Assembly: GCA_015062385.1 (NCBI GenBank)
Contig: SUUT01000002.1
Location: 72,229-136,228, forward strand
Origin: Alphaproteobacteria bacterium
Lineage (GTDB): Bacteria; Pseudomonadota; Alphaproteobacteria; CAAHEQ01; UBA3637
DNA length: 64,000 bases
Direction: 5' to 3'
Made by a program: the position numbers and the translations under genes. Positions 59,934-64,000 of this stretch are shown one piece after another (the first letter of the stretch is position 1; every line of letters begins with the position of its first letter). The notes beneath the pieces are model-generated. The model had not been told where the DNA came from. It saw only the letters and a program-made list of their open reading frames with translations, and did not search any database.

Positions 59934-60615
59934 CCGTTTCCTTTTGTAAGTATTTTTCCAAATATTCCAACCAATCTGCTAAATTCTGTTCGGCAAAAAA
60001 ACACCGCAGAAAATCAATCATAATTTTTTCTCGTTTTTCAGCCTCTGCTCTACCAGATTTTGTTCGCATAGCTTTTTTTAATTTTAATAATTTGTCAAAA
60101 AAATGATTGATGGATGAATTACCTTCCCGAAATAAATTTTTATATTCTGCTTGCGTTAAATCATCTTTGGGAAAAGAATTTTCATCAAATAACGTAATGC
60201 CAAAAGCCCCGCCAAATAAAATTGTTCGAGAAATACCGATTGCCCCCATCGCATCCAATTTATCCGCATCCGATAAAATAGCCTGTTCAATTGTTTTAAA
60301 TGACGGATTAGCCCCACTGTTTGCAAAAGATGATTCTTGTATCGTTTCCAATATTCGACAAACTGTTTTCGCTGATAACGGCAATGTTTTTAAAAATGTT
60401 TCCGCCCGTTTTCCGTCCCCACCGAATTTATGATCATCCACATCATGCAATAATGCACTCATTTTAACGACAAATACATCCGCAGACGGTTCTGTTTTTA
60501 AAATAAAATCTACATTTTTATAAACCCGTTCCAAATGAGAAAAATCATGTCCGGATGTGTCTTTTTGATGATAATTTTTTACAAATGCTCTTGTTTGTTG
60601 CAAAATTTGTTGCAT
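59923..60615 (-). CDS. HD domain protein (YedJ-like)
   Basis: GHDFSH, LLHDVDD, DADKLDAMGAIG, HFFDKLLKL. Confidence 0.9.
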   Translation of the reverse strand: MQQILQQTRAFVKNYHQKDTSGHDFSHLERVYKNVDFILKTEPSADVFVVKMSALLHDVDDHKFGGDGKRAETFLKTLPLSAKTVCRILETIQESSFANSGANPSFKTIEQAILSDADKLDAMGAIGISRTILFGGAFGITLFDENSFPKDDLTQAEYKNLFREGNSSINHFFDKLLKLKKAMRTKSGRAEAEKREKIMIDFLRCFFAEQNLADWLEYLEKYLQKETVDA

Positions 60616-60616
60616 A

Positions 60617-61786
60617 TTAAATTGCCTTTTTCTTTAAAATAATCAATGAACAAATAAAAACACCTATTTTAACCAGAATTGCCGTTAAAATTGCTGTTCG
60701 AGCTCCATATTTATCTGCAATCAATCCCATTAAAACAAGAGCAAATACCATAAAAATACCGGATAAGCACGAAATAATGGATTTCATAGTAGCTCGTTGT
60801 TCGGATGAAAATTCCTGTTGCATAATATCAGCACAACTTGTTTTTTCAGAACCATAAAACAAACTAACAGTCGCCATAATAAACGGTGAAAAGACATTAT
60901 TTAAAGTAACCCCGACCAATCGAACAAATGCATTTCCAAACATGGCTCCAAAAAACAATTTAACCACACTAATTTTGCGAAAATAAGGAACAATAAAAAA
61001 GCCGATTATTCCCAAAATGTGTTTGATACCCCGAACAATATTGACCCCCCATTCTTTCACAAATGCCTGATAATATGCCCCTTCAAAACGAAACGTAGCC
61101 ATTCCGAAAGCCGTATCAATCATTTCAATTCCGGCATAAAAACGTAATTTTTTATTTTGCCATAATTTTTTAAAAGCAAGCTGAAAATGTGTCCATGAAT
61201 TTGATGTTTTCCGTTTTTGTGTGCATTTAGGTTCAACAAAAAACCATACAACAACAAATTGAGCAATAAAGGGGATAACAGATACCCACGCTAATACCTG
61301 TAATGAACAAAAATATGTAATCACCGCGGCCATAACGGCACTGACAGACAATCCGATTTGTCCCCATCCACGGCTTTTAGCATATTGAATTTTAAAATTT
61401 TCCCGTTCACCCAATTCATCCATTGTTTCGTAAATTAAGGCTTCATCCGTGCCGGATTTAACAGCTTCTGCCGTTCCCCATAAAAAAGCCCCGAGAAAAA
61501 GTAAAAACGAATACTGAAAAGACCCTGCCAACGCCCACAATAAAAAAGCCAAACAAACAAGAATGGGGGAGCATAACAGCGTTTTTCTGCGACCGATTTT
61601 ATCTGAAAACAAACCGGCCGGAATTTCCATAACTGTTGTAGAAAGTGATGAAATGGCAAAAACAGCCATTGCTAAAGCATACGATTGCGTAATTGTTTCA
61701 AAATAAACAACAGCCAAAGAAGATAAAAACCATAATCCGCCTAAAAACTGTGTTAATTTAAATAAAATGATATTTCTGTGAATCAT
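60617..61786 (-). CDS. MFS transporter
   Basis: EIPAGLFSDKIGRRKTL, SGTDEALIYE; about 12 TM segments. Confidence 0.92.
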   Translation of the reverse strand: MIHRNIILFKLTQFLGGLWFLSSLAVVYFETITQSYALAMAVFAISSLSTTVMEIPAGLFSDKIGRRKTLLCSPILVCLAFLLWALAGSFQYSFLLFLGAFLWGTAEAVKSGTDEALIYETMDELGERENFKIQYAKSRGWGQIGLSVSAVMAAVITYFCSLQVLAWVSVIPFIAQFVVVWFFVEPKCTQKRKTSNSWTHFQLAFKKLWQNKKLRFYAGIEMIDTAFGMATFRFEGAYYQAFVKEWGVNIVRGIKHILGIIGFFIVPYFRKISVVKLFFGAMFGNAFVRLVGVTLNNVFSPFIMATVSLFYGSEKTSCADIMQQEFSSEQRATMKSIISCLSGIFMVFALVLMGLIADKYGARTAILTAILVKIGVFICSLIILKKKAI

Positions 61787-61908
61787 ATAATCTCCTTAAA
61801 TATTATGGGAAAGTATACAAAAATATTCAAATAAATGCAATAAATATATCGACAAATAAACACTCTTTAAAATATTATTTGTTAAAGAGAAAAATCAAAA
61901 TTCCATTA

Positions 61909-63348
61909 TCAGCGTATTATGCCTTTATCAATTATATTAATGGCTTGTTTAGCTGATTTTTTCGCTTTTTTCTGCTGTTTTTCCCGTAAAATATTATTTT
62001 TTTCAATTCTACGAAGTGCCGATTCTACATAATGAATACTACACGCTTTTCTTGTTACACTTTCTTTGGGATTATAAACTGTTTGTTCAGGGGGCATGAT
62101 TTTATTTTTAACTGTTTCATTTAAAACATGTTTTATTGCCGGTGTATTATCTGTTAAAGCAACAGTTAAAGCATTTTGACCATTACAAACGATATCCGGT
62201 TTATGCCCAATACACTCTATATTTCCTCCTTCTTTGTCCCAATATGTTAATTTTGTCACGCCAACTCGCATTAAAAACCCACATGGCAAATGAATTTGCC
62301 CTTGTTGAAATTGTTGTTGGCCATATGTATTTTCTCCGATATAACGCACTTTGGGATGATGATAAAAAAGCGTATAGGCTGATTCCGCAGCTGATCCGTT
62401 ATGGCGATCCATTAAAACATCAATCTCGCCCTGAAACCCGTCCCTTTCATTAAATGCATAATAAGATTGTGTTTCATCAAACAATATGATATTCTTCCCC
62501 GAAAAATGATAACGAGGACAGTGTTTTACGCCATCATTAAAACGAGAAAAAATACCATGTGTATGATATATGTAATCTGACAAAGGCGAATCTTTAATTT
62601 CACACCATTTATACGGATTTAAATAATTACCATATGTTCGACGGGCAATATGATAAATGGCTCTGTCTTCTCCGCCAACATTACCCCGTACATCTAAAAT
62701 GATTTTATCCCAATTTTGACCGCCTTCGTAAATTGAATCAAAGGTTGTAATAAATTCTTTCCATCTTTCATAAGAATAATCACACCCTAATGATGCAATA
62801 GAAATTAACAAAATATTTTTATTATTCCAGTTGAGTGTACCAATCTCCCACTTTGGTAGATTGTTTTCATCAAATTCTTGTTTAACAACCTGATATCCAT
62901 CCAGTCGTTTAGGCGATTTCATTAAATTTTGACCGCAATCTGCTTGTGCTCTTTCTGCCCTTTTAGAACCGATCCAATTAGCCCCTGTTCCCACTATACA
63001 ATGTCTGTCTAAAATATATTGATGTGCCGTTTGCATTATTTGGTATATAAAATCTAAGGCCGACATTGGCACCTGAATTTGTTGATACAGTTCAACAATC
63101 TGTTGTTTAAATTTTGTATTGTTTTCCAATCCAAATCCTTCAAATCCAACATGCTCATGCATTAATTTTGCATAAGTCGCTAAATTTTTTCGTTGCTCAT
63201 CAACACTTAATATTTTACTTTCCAATTCCGGTCGGGGAATACGCTCAACAAATTCTTTAAATGTGACGCCGTTTTTAACCGGCATCATTAATTCTTCATC
63301 TGATACGGATGAAATAATATCGTAAAAATCACATGTTTGTTTATTCAT
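61909..63348 (-). CDS. S41 family peptidase-like protein
   Basis: IILDVRGNVGG, GSAAE, IGENTYG, IECIGHKPDI; no signal peptide evident. Confidence 0.8.
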   Translation of the reverse strand: MNKQTCDFYDIISSVSDEELMMPVKNGVTFKEFVERIPRPELESKILSVDEQRKNLATYAKLMHEHVGFEGFGLENNTKFKQQIVELYQQIQVPMSALDFIYQIMQTAHQYILDRHCIVGTGANWIGSKRAERAQADCGQNLMKSPKRLDGYQVVKQEFDENNLPKWEIGTLNWNNKNILLISIASLGCDYSYERWKEFITTFDSIYEGGQNWDKIILDVRGNVGGEDRAIYHIARRTYGNYLNPYKWCEIKDSPLSDYIYHTHGIFSRFNDGVKHCPRYHFSGKNIILFDETQSYYAFNERDGFQGEIDVLMDRHNGSAAESAYTLFYHHPKVRYIGENTYGQQQFQQGQIHLPCGFLMRVGVTKLTYWDKEGGNIECIGHKPDIVCNGQNALTVALTDNTPAIKHVLNETVKNKIMPPEQTVYNPKESVTRKACSIHYVESALRRIEKNNILREKQQKKAKKSAKQAINIIDKGIIR

Positions 63349-63448
63349 ATAATATCCTTACTATCTGTTTATTATATCACAAATCAATATCTTGTCAAAC
63401 GAAAACAATCATCTAACTATCAATTTTCCAAATGATTTTTTTATACAA

Positions 63449-63470
63449 AAAGGAGCCGTAAAAGCTCCTT
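63449..63470. terminator. Hairpin terminator after tolB
   Basis: AAGGAGC-cgtaaaa-GCTCCTT. Confidence 0.6.
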
Positions 63471-63475
63471 AAATT

Positions 63476-64000
63476 TTAATGTAATAACGGGGACCAAGCC
63501 GGATCGGATGCATCATGTGGGGTTAGTATCTCCCGTTCATTATATCCGGTAATATCTATGGAATATAATTTAGGCATGCCACCCCGTCCGTATTTATCCG
63601 ATCGCCCTTGACGATAAAACATTAAAACACGTCCGTTCGGAGCCCATGTGGGTGATTCAACCAAAAATCCGTTTGTAATAAGTCGTTCTCCCGAACCATC
63701 CGGTTTAATAACACCGATATGGAACTGTCCGTGTCTGATTTTGGTAAACGCAATATAATCACCCCGTGGAGACCAAACCGGTGTTGCATATGTCCCTTCT
63801 CCAAAACTAATCCGATGAACATTACTTCCGTCTGCATTCATAATATATAATTGCTGATTACCCCCTCTATCAGAGTTAAACACAATTTGTTTTCCATCCG
63901 GTGAATAACTGGGTGAGGTATTGATGGACGGATGATTTGTTAATCGTTTCTTTTCTCTGGTTCGTAAGTTATACGTATAAATATCGGCATTTCCCCGATT
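63476..64000 (-). CDS. tolB: Tol-Pal system beta-propeller protein TolB, C-terminal part
   Basis: PD40 repeats: [39 protein letters not shown]. Confidence 0.93.
   Translation of the reverse strand, partial: NRGNADIYTYNLRTREKKRLTNHPSINTSPSYSPDGKQIVFNSDRGGNQQLYIMNADGSNVHRISFGEGTYATPVWSPRGDYIAFTKIRHGQFHIGVIKPDGSGERLITNGFLVESPTWAPNGRVLMFYRQGRSDKYGRGGMPKLYSIDITGYNEREILTPHDASDPAWSPLLH

Overview
AT-rich bacterial chromosome segment, most likely an anaerobic alphaproteobacterium (gene orders mltB-rlpA-dac-tmk-holB-tatD, secB/Tim44/mltA/Smr, tsaE-amgK-murU-addB-addA; PFOR present). It probably spans the replication terminus (dif-like site at 33355-33382). Two linked variation systems stand out. (1) A complete diversity-generating retroelement (DGR): avd - template repeat (TR) - reverse transcriptase (RT) on the minus strand, with a convergent 122-aa secreted C-type-lectin-like target. 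Within the coding part of its variable repeat (VR), all 14 substitutions relative to TR are at TR adenines, plus one in-frame 3-nt insertion. (2) Four homologous segments, each with a 127-bp interior bounded by AAAAGG(G/T)AC-type inverted repeats. Each carries a -35 box inside and has a -10 box outside, so only one orientation builds a 17-bp-spaced sigma70 promoter. They lie upstream of three Cys-rich type IV pilin-like genes and an autotransporter. The copy in front of the pilin-avd-TR-RT operon is in the ON orientation; the other three are OFF. This suggests a phase-variable switch controlling DGR mutagenesis together with a family of pilin-like adhesins. The inversion itself is inferred from paralog comparison, and no recombinase is encoded in the window. 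All alignments were done by eye.
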